Origin: Candidatus Binatia bacterium
Lineage (GTDB): Bacteria; Desulfobacterota; Binatia; Bin18
Reading direction: 5' to 3'
DNA length: 64,000 nt
NCBI GenBank assembly: GCA_963664395.2
Contig: OY761159.2
Location: 3,680,001 to 3,744,000 of the forward strand
Shown here: positions 27,562 through 37,105 of the stretch, piece by piece
Numbering within the stretch: position 1 is the first letter of the stretch
Layout: each line of letters starts with the position of its first letter
Translations under genes and position numbers: made by a program
The notes under the pieces: model-generated
The model's database searches: none
What the model was told of the DNA's origin: nothing
Seen by the model: the letters and a program-made list of their open reading frames with translations, nothing else

Positions 27562-29358
27562 TTATAGCTCAGGATTCTTCACTCGGAGTGCCTCCTGAGC
27601 GCTGACATAGATGGCAAAAGGACACTGCGTACCGCAGCTATGCTCTCCTGCAAGTGTGAGGGCGCGGCGGAGAGCAGCCTCCATGGCAGTAAACCAGCCT
27701 GATTGAGTGGGGAAGATATTCGCCGGCCCGATACGTGTGGCGAGGCCGGTTTTTTCAAATAATTGAATAGCATCGGGCCGCAGGCCGAGGATGAGGAGGG
27801 TTTTGCCGGCTCTCTCCAATTGACGTTGGCTGGATTCAAGCAGGCTGGCGATGGTGATGTCCAAGCCTTGTGTCTGGCGAACACGGAGAATAATGACGCG
27901 GACGTGAGGCTCGGTGCTCATCCGTTCAAGCAGGGCTTGTAGCTCTCCGGATGCAGCAAAAAATAACGGGCCCGTCAGGTTGAAGAGGCGAATGGCGGAA
28001 CAGTGTTGTCCCCGCTCTTCCTGTTCAACTTCCTGATTAACCTCAACCTCTTGGTCAACCTCCCGAAAACGGCCTTTCTCACTGATTGTCATCTCTCGGG
28101 CAGTGAGCAGGCGTACCCGACGTAAAAAGAGGAGAATACTGATACCCACGCCAATATAAATTGCTTGATCGAGGGGAACGAGCCACGTCCCGACGAGCGT
28201 AGTGAGAAAGGCCGTTCGATCTCCCAGGGTGCTGTGCAGAATCGTACGAATACGGCCCGTATCGATGAGATCCGAGGCCAGGACGAACAACAGACCGGCC
28301 AGGCTTGCAATCGGCGTCTGGTTGACGACCGGTCCGAAAAAGAGCAGCACCGCCAGCATCAACAGTCCGCAGAACAGGGCCGACAGACGACTCTGGGCCC
28401 CGGCTTGCTGATTTAAGGCTGAACGAGACAAACTGCCGCTGACCGGATAGCCGCCCGAGAAAGCCGCGGCGATGTTCGCCAGCCCTTGTCCTGAAAATTC
28501 GGCTGCCATATCAAGCCGCTGTCCGGACCGGGCCGCCAGCGTCCGTGCGACCGAACTGGACTCAACCAGGGAAAGGACGGCACAGGCAATTGCCGTAGGG
28601 AGCAGGCCTGCCCACCGGTCAAAGTGGGGTATGGTGAGCGGCGGCAGGCCGGCTGGCAGGGGCGCGAGGTCGGCAACGAGTTGGAGCCCGGCGTCAGATA
28701 ACTGGAAGGCGCGGGCAAGCAGGATGCTGAGCCCCAGAGCGATAATCGAGGCTGGCAGACGGGGATAAAAGCGACGCACACACAAGACGAAAACAATTGT
28801 GCCTATAGTGAAAAACACGGCGAGCAGCTGGGCTTCCGAGAGTGAAGACAACCATCCTCCGAGCATCTGGGCTGGATTGCCTGAAACTCGGGCTGTGCCT
28901 GTTGCATTGGGCAGTTGGCCTACCATAATCAGGACCGCGGCCCCTGAGATATAACCACGTACAACGGGTTGCGAAATATAATCGGCTACAGCGTCGAGTC
29001 GCAGCAGCCCGGCGAGAAATTGGACCACCCCGACCATAAAGGCAAGGGTGACGCCTACCGTCATTGGACTCGCACCGCCGTGCGCGACCTCGGCGGCAAC
29101 AGCAGTGCCAACCAGCAGGCTCACGGCATTCGTGGGACCGGTGACAACATGGCGGGAGCTACGGAACAGAGCGCCAACTATGGCAGGTATGGCTGCTGCA
29201 TACAGGCCCATGGCCGGGGGGAGGCCGGCGATCATGGCATAGGCCACGCCTTGGGGAATATCGAGAAAGGTGACGCTGGGACAGGCAAGCAGGTCCCGAG
29301 GGAGATGACGAAGCGGATAGTCTCGGAGGTCAAGAAACGGGAGAAAACGCTTCATCAA
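27562..29358 (-). CDS. SulP/SLC26 anion permease with STAS domain
   Basis: IPQGVAYAMIAGLPPAMGLY, GPTNA, SGSLSRS and GPLFFA (STAS). Confidence 0.93.
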   Translation of the reverse strand: MMKRFLPFLDLRDYPLRHLPRDLLACPSVTFLDIPQGVAYAMIAGLPPAMGLYAAAIPAIVGALFRSSRHVVTGPTNAVSLLVGTAVAAEVAHGGASPMTVGVTLAFMVGVVQFLAGLLRLDAVADYISQPVVRGYISGAAVLIMVGQLPNATGTARVSGNPAQMLGGWLSSLSEAQLLAVFFTIGTIVFVLCVRRFYPRLPASIIALGLSILLARAFQLSDAGLQLVADLAPLPAGLPPLTIPHFDRWAGLLPTAIACAVLSLVESSSVARTLAARSGQRLDMAAEFSGQGLANIAAAFSGGYPVSGSLSRSALNQQAGAQSRLSALFCGLLMLAVLLFFGPVVNQTPIASLAGLLFVLASDLIDTGRIRTILHSTLGDRTAFLTTLVGTWLVPLDQAIYIGVGISILLFLRRVRLLTAREMTISEKGRFREVDQEVEVNQEVEQEERGQHCSAIRLFNLTGPLFFAASGELQALLERMSTEPHVRVIILRVRQTQGLDITIASLLESSQRQLERAGKTLLILGLRPDAIQLFEKTGLATRIGPANIFPTQSGWFTAMEAALRRALTLAGEHSCGTQCPFAIYVSAQEALRVKNPEL

Positions 29359-32297
29359 TCTTTGTGCGCCTTATGAGCACTCTCTGTCTCGGGCAGTTGA
29401 TACACATCTCGACCCGGCTTGAGCGGGCGTAACATCCAGTAGGGGCGGCGCGTGCCGTCGGGCGAGACTTGACTGGCAGGCCGGGTCAGCTCCAGCCACT
29501 TCTTATACGCGGCATGAGACTTTTCCGTATCAACGTGGATATCGCCATACTGATCGCTCTTCCTGGCAGGGCTGACTCGGACGGCTTGGTGCCAACAGTG
29601 CATGCCGGAGATGGGGTCCGGGTGGACGGGAAAGGTAAGATTTTGATGCACGCCGGCATCTGTCCACCAGATGCGTGAGCTATCGGCATCCTCACTCTCG
29701 TAGCCTTGCACTCCCTGCTTACGATGCAGGTCCCACTGATTTCCGTTATGGTCGAGTCCGACCGTGGCCATCATCTGACGCTGGCCTGTATGGTCGAGTT
29801 TCCAGCGGCCCATGTGATGACTACAGCCGGCGATACCCGGCCGGATGCCTTCGGTTACCCAGGCTTTGACAACGAAATAGCCGATCTCAGTTTCTACTCG
29901 GGTGAGGTCGCCGGTGCGGACGCCTATACGCTGTGCATCACGCGGGTGGAGCCAGAGTGGGTTGGTGTGGGCGATTTCATCCAGCCATTTGGCATTGGCA
30001 CTGCGGGTGTGAATCTGGACAGGTAAGCGAAAGGTTGAGATCAAGACCATTTGGTCCTCTGTAAGCCGGTCGGGATGGATATGACTCTTGATATAGGTGG
30101 GGAGGGCGTATTCCGGCCAGCCCCAGTCTTTGAGCGTCTTTGAATAAAACTCGAGCCGCCCGCTTGGAGTTGGAAAGCCTCTATACACGGTACCGTTTTG
30201 GCTGTTGTGGTTCTCTATTCGGACCCCAACAGGGCGACGGCCGTCTGCATCACCATCAGGCGAGGGCAGGGGGACGATATTCGGACCGGTGAGCTTGGGG
30301 CTTGCGGTGAAGACGCGGCCCAGACTATCAACCCGGATATTGTCCAACTCCGCAGATGGTACTGTTTGTTCGTGGACAGCTCCGATGTTTTTTTGTACCT
30401 CAAACGCCCCGTAGCGACGCATGTAGGCGAGCGGCGAGAGCCCTTGGGCAGCGGCGTGTTCCGGGAGACCTGGGACTGAATTCTCAAAAATAAATCCATA
30501 GTATTCGTCCAGGGTGAGTTTCTGGCCTGGGTGCGCTTTGGACTCAAAATACTGACGAATTCCTAATGATCCATCCGGGTCGACTCGCCAGGATAACTCG
30601 ATCCAGAATTCATTTTCCTCCCATACTTCGCCTGGGTTTGCCGCTCGGGTATCTGTAACCGGCTCGCCCAAGCGTTCTCTGGCCGTTCTCAGTACGGGCT
30701 GGCGAAATCCGATCCACTGGGCGTCGTGGGTTTCATATGAGTGTGTATCGTGTCGTTCGCTGCCGACGCCCATCGGCAGAATATAATCGGCGAAATAGGC
30801 GCTTTCGTTCCACGTCGGAGTCAGTGCGATATGCAAGCCGATTTTCTTCTCATCACTGAGTGTTTCGATCCAGGAAAAGCCGTCGGGGTTGGTCCAGACC
30901 GGATTGTAGACCCGCGTGAAATACACATCGAGTTTGCCTCGCTCTTCTTTCAGTAGATGCGGCAAAAGAAAAGAGAGTTCGTTAATGGCCAGCGGATATT
31001 CGGCTGGCCATGAGACTGTATTCCACATGGGTGGATGGGGGGGGGTATGGATGGGGCGCGGAACAAATTTATTCCAGACGTTAGGATAGGTCCCGCCCTC
31101 TGTCGCCACAGCGCCGAGCAGAGCGTTGAGGAGAAACAGGGTGCGTGCGACCTGCCAGCCGCCCAGATTTCCGGCTGCGGCACTGCGCCAGGTATGGGTG
31201 GCGAGTCGGGTTCCGGCGGAGGCGACCACCTCGGCAATGGTTCTCATTGTGGCTGTACTGATACCGGACTCTGTGGCCGCGAACTCGAACGTATATTCCG
31301 TGTAGAGATCGTGCAGAATCGCTTCAAAGTTTTCAAACGTAGGTTCCAGGTTTGGCCGCTCTTGTTGGAGATATTCCTGCCAATTCCACCAATCACGAAT
31401 AAATGCACGATTATATTTTCTGTTCTGAATAATATAGTTCGCAATAGCCAGTAAAATGGCGGCCTCACTCCCTGGGTACGGTGCAACCCAATGATCGGCA
31501 TGGGTTGCGCTGTTGGACAGACGAACGTCAAAGACTATGAGCTTGGCCCCTCGACTCTTGGCATCCATAATACGCTGGGCGTGCGGATTAAAATAATGGC
31601 CCGCCTCTAAGTGGGCGCTGATGAGCAACATCACGTCGGCATGCTCATGGTCCGGGCTGGGGCGGTCCGCACCCATCCAAAATTGATAACCGGCGCGGGC
31701 TCCGGACGAGCAGATATTGGTATGCGAGTTGTGGCCATCAACGCCCCAGGCGGCGAGGACGCGCTCGGTGTAACCGTCCTCGCCAGGCCGGCCAACGTGG
31801 TACATGATTTCGTTGTGACGGTCCTCCTGGAGCGCACGCCGAAGACGGCCGGCAATATCATCTAATGCCTCGTCCCAGGAGACCTGTTGCCATTTCCCTG
31901 CTCCGCGTGTACCCGCCCGTTTCAGTGGATGGAGGATGCGATCCGGATCGGTGACTTGGTTGAGGGTTGCCGGGCCCTTGGCGCAGTTACGGCCACGTGA
32001 AGCCGGATGTTCAGGATTGCCTTCAAACTTTCTGATTGCGAGCGTCTCCGGATCAACATAGGCAAGCAGGCCGCAGGCCGACTCGCAATTAAAACACGTG
32101 GTAGGGATAAGCATAGACCGCTGTTCGACGCGCTGGGGCCAGGCGCGCGCGTCCAACTCAACCCAATCGTCCCAACGTTCCTTGGGAGGAAAAGCCGCAA
32201 GGTGGCTACGACTTGGCCCTGGATAAAAAGTTTCACCCCGCGCCTGCGTGTCTTGGCGAGCGGCGGAAACGCGTGCATTGCGGCGCTTAATACTCAT
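29355..32297 (-). CDS. Molybdopterin (DMSO reductase family) oxidoreductase catalytic subunit, no evident Tat signal
   Basis: TTCFNCESACG...RNCAKG [4Fe-4S] motif, HTNICSS putative Cys Mo ligand, ADYILP, FPTPSGRLE, and a C-terminal pterin-binding domain (LWLHPRDA). Confidence 0.9.
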   Translation of the reverse strand: MSIKRRNARVSAARQDTQARGETFYPGPSRSHLAAFPPKERWDDWVELDARAWPQRVEQRSMLIPTTCFNCESACGLLAYVDPETLAIRKFEGNPEHPASRGRNCAKGPATLNQVTDPDRILHPLKRAGTRGAGKWQQVSWDEALDDIAGRLRRALQEDRHNEIMYHVGRPGEDGYTERVLAAWGVDGHNSHTNICSSGARAGYQFWMGADRPSPDHEHADVMLLISAHLEAGHYFNPHAQRIMDAKSRGAKLIVFDVRLSNSATHADHWVAPYPGSEAAILLAIANYIIQNRKYNRAFIRDWWNWQEYLQQERPNLEPTFENFEAILHDLYTEYTFEFAATESGISTATMRTIAEVVASAGTRLATHTWRSAAAGNLGGWQVARTLFLLNALLGAVATEGGTYPNVWNKFVPRPIHTPPHPPMWNTVSWPAEYPLAINELSFLLPHLLKEERGKLDVYFTRVYNPVWTNPDGFSWIETLSDEKKIGLHIALTPTWNESAYFADYILPMGVGSERHDTHSYETHDAQWIGFRQPVLRTARERLGEPVTDTRAANPGEVWEENEFWIELSWRVDPDGSLGIRQYFESKAHPGQKLTLDEYYGFIFENSVPGLPEHAAAQGLSPLAYMRRYGAFEVQKNIGAVHEQTVPSAELDNIRVDSLGRVFTASPKLTGPNIVPLPSPDGDADGRRPVGVRIENHNSQNGTVYRGFPTPSGRLEFYSKTLKDWGWPEYALPTYIKSHIHPDRLTEDQMVLISTFRLPVQIHTRSANAKWLDEIAHTNPLWLHPRDAQRIGVRTGDLTRVETEIGYFVVKAWVTEGIRPGIAGCSHHMGRWKLDHTGQRQMMATVGLDHNGNQWDLHRKQGVQGYESEDADSSRIWWTDAGVHQNLTFPVHPDPISGMHCWHQAVRVSPARKSDQYGDIHVDTEKSHAAYKKWLELTRPASQVSPDGTRRPYWMLRPLKPGRDVYQLPETESAHKAHKD

Positions 32298-32308
32298 GGC
32301 AGTCCTCC

Positions 32309-33853
32309 CTAGGCGAGCGGTACGCTTTGACCGGCCTGAATGTAGGCGTGTTCATGCGCCAGCAATCCCATAAGCGCTGCACACCCTGCCAGTATGGCTG
32401 CCCAGGGGGCGAGCAGGCCGATAGAGACCAGGAGTATCCCACCCCAGAAATAAGGCCGGTATTGACCCTTCGTCATCTCAGCAGCTGCCAGATGGGCGTG
32501 GACCGTGGGATGGCTCAGCGTCATTTCCCCGCTCATGAGGAGGAGATGCAGCGCACATGACATTCCTAATAGCGTGGCTAATGGTGAAACCATGTCTGGT
32601 GACAACCAGACCGCACAGGGGATGAGCGCAGCGGCTCCGGCGATAACCGCTTGGACGAGGAAATGCAGCGGGAGGAGCGGGCTTTGCCATAAGTCACGGG
32701 CGGTCGATTGGGCAAAGAGATAGGCTGTATACACAGCGGTCAGCACGCCAAACGGGATACCGGGCAGCATGAGGGCTGACTGAAATGCTGTTCCGTCGGC
32801 AAGAAGGCTCGCAAAAAAATGGAGGACAAGAACGAGACTGAAACCAAGGATGATAAAAGCGCCTCTGACCAGCCAGCTCCTCCACTGAGGGCGCGTAAAG
32901 ATCAACACAAAGCGCTCAGGGTGGTCCAAATCAGCGATGAGAATCAGACCGGTGAGGGCAAGAAATGTACCGCTCAGGGTGGGGGCAATCCACTGCCAGA
33001 GAACGTTCTCCGGCCGCATCAGGCCAAAGAACACGAGAAACAGTGGAACGAGATACGCCCCCGAGGCGATCCCTTTTGTCCAGGTATAGAGGCTCAGTCG
33101 CCAATCCCACGGGGAATGATGCGGCACGTCATACGCCAGCACCGCTTGGACGGAGCTATTGTTCCGGGTTGGATGGCCTGAGGTCACCTGGTGCGGTCCC
33201 CGGCCTTGCTCACTCCACATAAAAAGGCCGCCTTCAGGACGTGTGGCGGCAAGCGGGTCAAGTGTTGCCTGATGTGCGCCTGTGTAGAACAATTTTGGAT
33301 GCGTTTCCTTTTCAGGGCGGCGCACGGTGACGGGTTCTCGGCCAACGATTGCCGCTACTCTTGAACCTGGTTCATTCAGGTCGCCAACCAGGATGGCCTC
33401 GGTCGGGCAGACCACAACGCAGGCCGGCTCAAGGTTCATATCAATCCGATGCGCACAAAAGTTGCACTTCTCGGCCGAGTGGTCTTCGGGATTGATAAAG
33501 ATGGCATCGTAAGGACAGGCCGCGATACAGGCTTTGCAGCCAATACAGATGGACTTGTCGAAATCCACAATGCCGTCAGAACGGGTATACATGGCGGCGG
33601 TAGGACATGCGTACGTACACGGCGCGTCTTGACATTGATTACATCGATTGACTTGAAAAGCCCGCCGCACGTTTGGAAAAGTTCCTACGTCGACGTATTT
33701 CACATAGGTGCGATTGACCGATACCGGGACATGGTTCTCTGATTTGCAGGCAGTAGTGCATGCATGGCAGCCAATACATTTGGTGTGATCAATGACCTTG
33801 GCCCAGCTCACTACAGATGCAGCTTGCGGCGTCTCTTGAGCGGTTGGTTCCAT
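32309..33853 (-). CDS. Fused 4x[4Fe-4S] subunit and NrfD/PsrC membrane anchor
   Basis: CIGCHAC..AC, CNQC..APC...CP, CIGCKAC..ACP and CNFC...PAC...CP, followed by NrfD motifs (DLDHPERF, SWLVRG) and about 8 TM helices. Confidence 0.9.
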   Translation of the reverse strand: MEPTAQETPQAASVVSWAKVIDHTKCIGCHACTTACKSENHVPVSVNRTYVKYVDVGTFPNVRRAFQVNRCNQCQDAPCTYACPTAAMYTRSDGIVDFDKSICIGCKACIAACPYDAIFINPEDHSAEKCNFCAHRIDMNLEPACVVVCPTEAILVGDLNEPGSRVAAIVGREPVTVRRPEKETHPKLFYTGAHQATLDPLAATRPEGGLFMWSEQGRGPHQVTSGHPTRNNSSVQAVLAYDVPHHSPWDWRLSLYTWTKGIASGAYLVPLFLVFFGLMRPENVLWQWIAPTLSGTFLALTGLILIADLDHPERFVLIFTRPQWRSWLVRGAFIILGFSLVLVLHFFASLLADGTAFQSALMLPGIPFGVLTAVYTAYLFAQSTARDLWQSPLLPLHFLVQAVIAGAAALIPCAVWLSPDMVSPLATLLGMSCALHLLLMSGEMTLSHPTVHAHLAAAEMTKGQYRPYFWGGILLVSIGLLAPWAAILAGCAALMGLLAHEHAYIQAGQSVPLA

Positions 33854-33913
33854 GCAGTCTGCTCCTTCCCGCGTTAGGCTCTCTATCCATTGAGAACCGC
33901 CCCCATTTCTCAA

Positions 33914-34951
33914 TTACCGCTCAATGGGCAAGTGTTGCTCGTTCCAGTCAAGCATCCCGCCTTTAAGATTCGACACCTGCACAAACCCCAGGCCGGTGAG
34001 AATGGCTGCGGCCGTTGTGCTGCGGACTCCAGCCCGACAGATAACAATGATATTGCCGTCTTTGTACTGTTCAATTTCTCCGGCACGAGCCGGCACTTCC
34101 TTGAGGGGGATGAGGATGCTGCCCGCTATATGGCCAAGGTCATCGCTGTATTCGTCTGGTTCGCGCACATCAAGCAGGAGAGGAGGGGAGGGGTTATCCA
34201 GTTGGGCTTGGACGTCTCGCGCGGACAATTGGCGTACTCCGTTCAGCGCAGACAGACTCGGAAATTGAATGGATTCGTCTTCAATAGCGGATTGGTTCGG
34301 TTGGAGAACTTCTTGAATTTTATCTGGCAGCGAGAGGTGGAGGTTGTTCATCAAATCGACATATTCCTGGCGACTGCGGCCTGCAACGCGCGGATTTGTG
34401 TGTCTTTCTTCACCAATAGTGGATTGGGTATGACCGCGGTAGTCATGACCGGGAAAGACCAGTGTACTGTCGGGCAAGGTGAACAGTTTGTGATAGATGC
34501 CGTCGTACTGGGCGCCAGGGTCGCCATCGGGGAAGTCGGTGCGCCCGGTGCCGTGGATAAAAAGGGTGTCGCCGGTGAACACCCGATCCATGGCGTGTAA
34601 ACACATAGAGTCTGGCGTATGGCCTGGGGTAGCGAGCACATGTATGGTGAGCGTCCCAACTCGGATGAGTTGCCCATCTTCAACATGCCTATCAACATGC
34701 GGGGCTGGGGCGCGCTTATGCATGACAACTGGAGCGTCCGTGAGATCATGTAATTCCCAGCTCCCCGTCAGATGATCCGCGTGGGTATGCGTATCGATAA
34801 TGACGTCGAGCGTGTACCCATAATAGGCGAGGAGGGCGAGATAACGGTCGGTTTTTTCGAAGACTGGATCAATGAGGGCGACTGCATGTGTTTTTTCACA
34901 CCCAATCAGATAGGTCTTTGTTGCGCTGCGGTTGAGTTCACGGAACAGCAT
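33914..34951 (-). CDS. Persulfide dioxygenase (ETHE1/Pdo, MBL fold)-rhodanese fusion
   Basis: THTHADHLTG, TPGHT, FTGDTLFI.G.GRTDF, PGHDY.G..STIGEE..NPR; rhodanese DVREP.EY...HI.GS and active-site CRAGVRS. Confidence 0.88.
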   Translation of the reverse strand: MLFRELNRSATKTYLIGCEKTHAVALIDPVFEKTDRYLALLAYYGYTLDVIIDTHTHADHLTGSWELHDLTDAPVVMHKRAPAPHVDRHVEDGQLIRVGTLTIHVLATPGHTPDSMCLHAMDRVFTGDTLFIHGTGRTDFPDGDPGAQYDGIYHKLFTLPDSTLVFPGHDYRGHTQSTIGEERHTNPRVAGRSRQEYVDLMNNLHLSLPDKIQEVLQPNQSAIEDESIQFPSLSALNGVRQLSARDVQAQLDNPSPPLLLDVREPDEYSDDLGHIAGSILIPLKEVPARAGEIEQYKDGNIIVICRAGVRSTTAAAILTGLGFVQVSNLKGGMLDWNEQHLPIER

Positions 34952-35165
34952 GGTGATTCTGCCCCACTCTCTCCAAATAAGAAAATAATGTCAAGAGATA
35001 TGGCGCGGCCAAAAAAAGAGCCGTCCGAGGCTGGGCTGCAAATGATTGCAGCGGGGTTCAACTGGCCCAAATGAACGGCCCTGCCTCCCCGAAGCGGAAG
35101 AGGGCCTACGCTCCAATCCTCAACCGCATTGACATGCGTCCGGGACCCAGACTAAGGGGTGATAT

Positions 35166-36065
35166 ATGTACTGGCTCCCCATCGTCTTTCTACTTGGATT
35201 CCTCTGTATGTCCTGCGAAAGTTTTCTCTCTCCTGACGCGAGGCGTCAGACAGAGACCGAAAGAGACGTCCTAGGACTTCGAGGTCCCGTCCGCTCGTTA
35301 TCCCTCTTTCAGGCTGTCCTAGCGAAAAAGGGTGAGACGTGGGAGCCGCAGGAAGCAGTGCCGACCCGTATCGAGCAGTTTGATCGGCGTGGCAATCTCA
35401 CCGAGCGCCTCTCCTACGACCCCGGTGGAACGCTGCGCGAGCGAGTGGTCTTTTCCTACGACGCGAGCACAAATGAAAGAGAAGTGCGGCGCTATGGGCC
35501 AGAGAACAGCTTCCTTGGACGAATTGTCTCATCCTGTGATGACCACGGATCCCCGGCTGAGTCGCGTTCGTATTCGGCCAGGGATGTTCTGACTGAGCGA
35601 GCGATTTTTCAGTATGACGCTAATGGAAAGGAAGTCGAATCCCATACGTATCAGCAGGCAGGTGAGCTGAAAAACCGAACGTCCTCGCGCTACGACGTCC
35701 ACGGAAATGTTGAAGAGCAGTTGTGGTACGATGCGGCAGATGCGCTCGTGCAGAAGGTTGTCTATCACCGCGACTTTCAGGGAACCCTGGTGACCCGAGT
35801 CTCTTTTGTCTATGCTGCCAACTCCGGGCTGAGTGAGCGAACGGACGGCCACTTCAATAATAACGGTGATTTGACCGAACGCAGTGTTTACGTGGACAGT
35901 GGTCGGCAGCAACACAAAGAGATGTTTACCTACCGTTACGATGCTTTTGGCAATTGGACGACCCAAACGGTAAAGCGGCAGGTCGTCAATAAGAATGCAT
36001 CCTATTTTGCACCGACGCGGATTATCTTTCGTGTTTTTGAGTACTACGAAAAAGGTGGAACGTAA
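35166..36065 (+). CDS. Lipoprotein with YD/RHS-like beta-hairpin repeats
   Basis: Signal peptide ending LCMSC; LRGPVRS; roughly 24-aa repeats YDxxG; terminal YRYDAFGNW. Confidence 0.7.
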   Translation: MYWLPIVFLLGFLCMSCESFLSPDARRQTETERDVLGLRGPVRSLSLFQAVLAKKGETWEPQEAVPTRIEQFDRRGNLTERLSYDPGGTLRERVVFSYDASTNEREVRRYGPENSFLGRIVSSCDDHGSPAESRSYSARDVLTERAIFQYDANGKEVESHTYQQAGELKNRTSSRYDVHGNVEEQLWYDAADALVQKVVYHRDFQGTLVTRVSFVYAANSGLSERTDGHFNNNGDLTERSVYVDSGRQQHKEMFTYRYDAFGNWTTQTVKRQVVNKNASYFAPTRIIFRVFEYYEKGGT

Positions 36066-36147
36066 TACGCATCTAATCACTATCCCTTCGCCTTCATGCT
36101 TCGACAGAGCCTGCCCTGAGCAGTGTCAAAGGAGGCGAGCGGGTCTG

Positions 36148-36744
36148 CTATGTCCGACGCGTGAGTATACAACCCAATTCGTGTAGTCCGGCTGGATGCG
36201 GAATGGTGAGCGGTTCAGCGTCTCGCCATTCCCAGCGAGTTTCCTGAAAAAGCTGATGCATGGTATCGAGATCGCATGGAAACGGCGGGCCAGCTGGGTT
36301 TGTTGCTTGCATGAAGAGCGCAAACAGTTGTCCGCTCGGCTTGAGCCACGAGAAGAGTTGGCGTTCATAGTCCTGGCGGGTTGAGGGATTGATGGCACAC
36401 AAACAGGTTTGGTCGTAGATTGCATCGAAGCGGTCGGGTGCATCCCAGTCGAGTAAGTCGGCTTGAATCACCTCTGCGGTCACGCCCGCGTTCTCAATCA
36501 ACTGTTGGGCGCCGTGCACTGCCGATGGGGCGAGATCAACGGCCGTGACCTCAAACCCCTGCTGCGCAAGGATGACAACCTCATGGCAACGCCCACAGCC
36601 GGGAATAAGTATCCGACACGGTTGAAGCAGTCCTTGCTCAAGCCAGGTGAGGAGGGCTGGGCTGGCTGATTCCCGTTGCCAGCCGGTTTGGCCTGTGTGA
36701 TATCGAGTTTCCCACTCAGCTTGCCGAGTCGCGGTGTGACTCAC
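36148..36744 (-). CDS. Thiopurine S-methyltransferase / thiol-halide methyltransferase family protein
   Basis: WETRY..GQTGW, ILIPGCG, FDAIYDQTCLCAI.P..R..Y and GPPF. Confidence 0.88.
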   Translation of the reverse strand: MSHTATRQAEWETRYHTGQTGWQRESASPALLTWLEQGLLQPCRILIPGCGRCHEVVILAQQGFEVTAVDLAPSAVHGAQQLIENAGVTAEVIQADLLDWDAPDRFDAIYDQTCLCAINPSTRQDYERQLFSWLKPSGQLFALFMQATNPAGPPFPCDLDTMHQLFQETRWEWRDAEPLTIPHPAGLHELGCILTRRT

Positions 36745-37105
36745 GATCGTCTCCTTAGCTCGGGCGGAGACTTCCCAGCGCAGAGGCGCTGGGAGGCCGG
36801 CCTTAAAAGGGCTCGAACCCGTACGGTCTGAAGAAATGGCCGGTGTAGGACTCGGCGTTATTTGAAGGTGTGGCGCGGAAAGGTCTGGGTGGTGCCAGAG
36901 TTAAAGGTGAAGGGGAGAGGCCCGTGCACATTGGAGTTGGGATCCCCTCTATATTCAATCTCGCCATTCACCGACCCGCAATTCTCAGGAAGAGTTGGCC
37001 CAATTCATATACTGACTATCCACCATAAATGAATCAGAGCCATATACCAAATAGTCGAGGCCGACAAGCTCATAAGCACGGCCAAAAGATAAAGGAAATG
37101 TGACG

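Noticed and set aside
29355-32297. Formate dehydrogenase, or a Tat-exported PsrA
   Set aside because: It lacks the FDH ligand motif (C/U followed by H) and has no hydrophobic region after the N-terminal RR.
35166-36065. RHS/polymorphic toxin
   Set aside because: It is a short lipoprotein with YD-like repeats only; there is no RHS core (DPxG), toxin tip or immunity gene.
36810-36825. tRNA-like T-loop (GGGTTCGAGCCC on the minus strand)
   Set aside because: No D-arm, anticodon arm or acceptor stem can be built around it.
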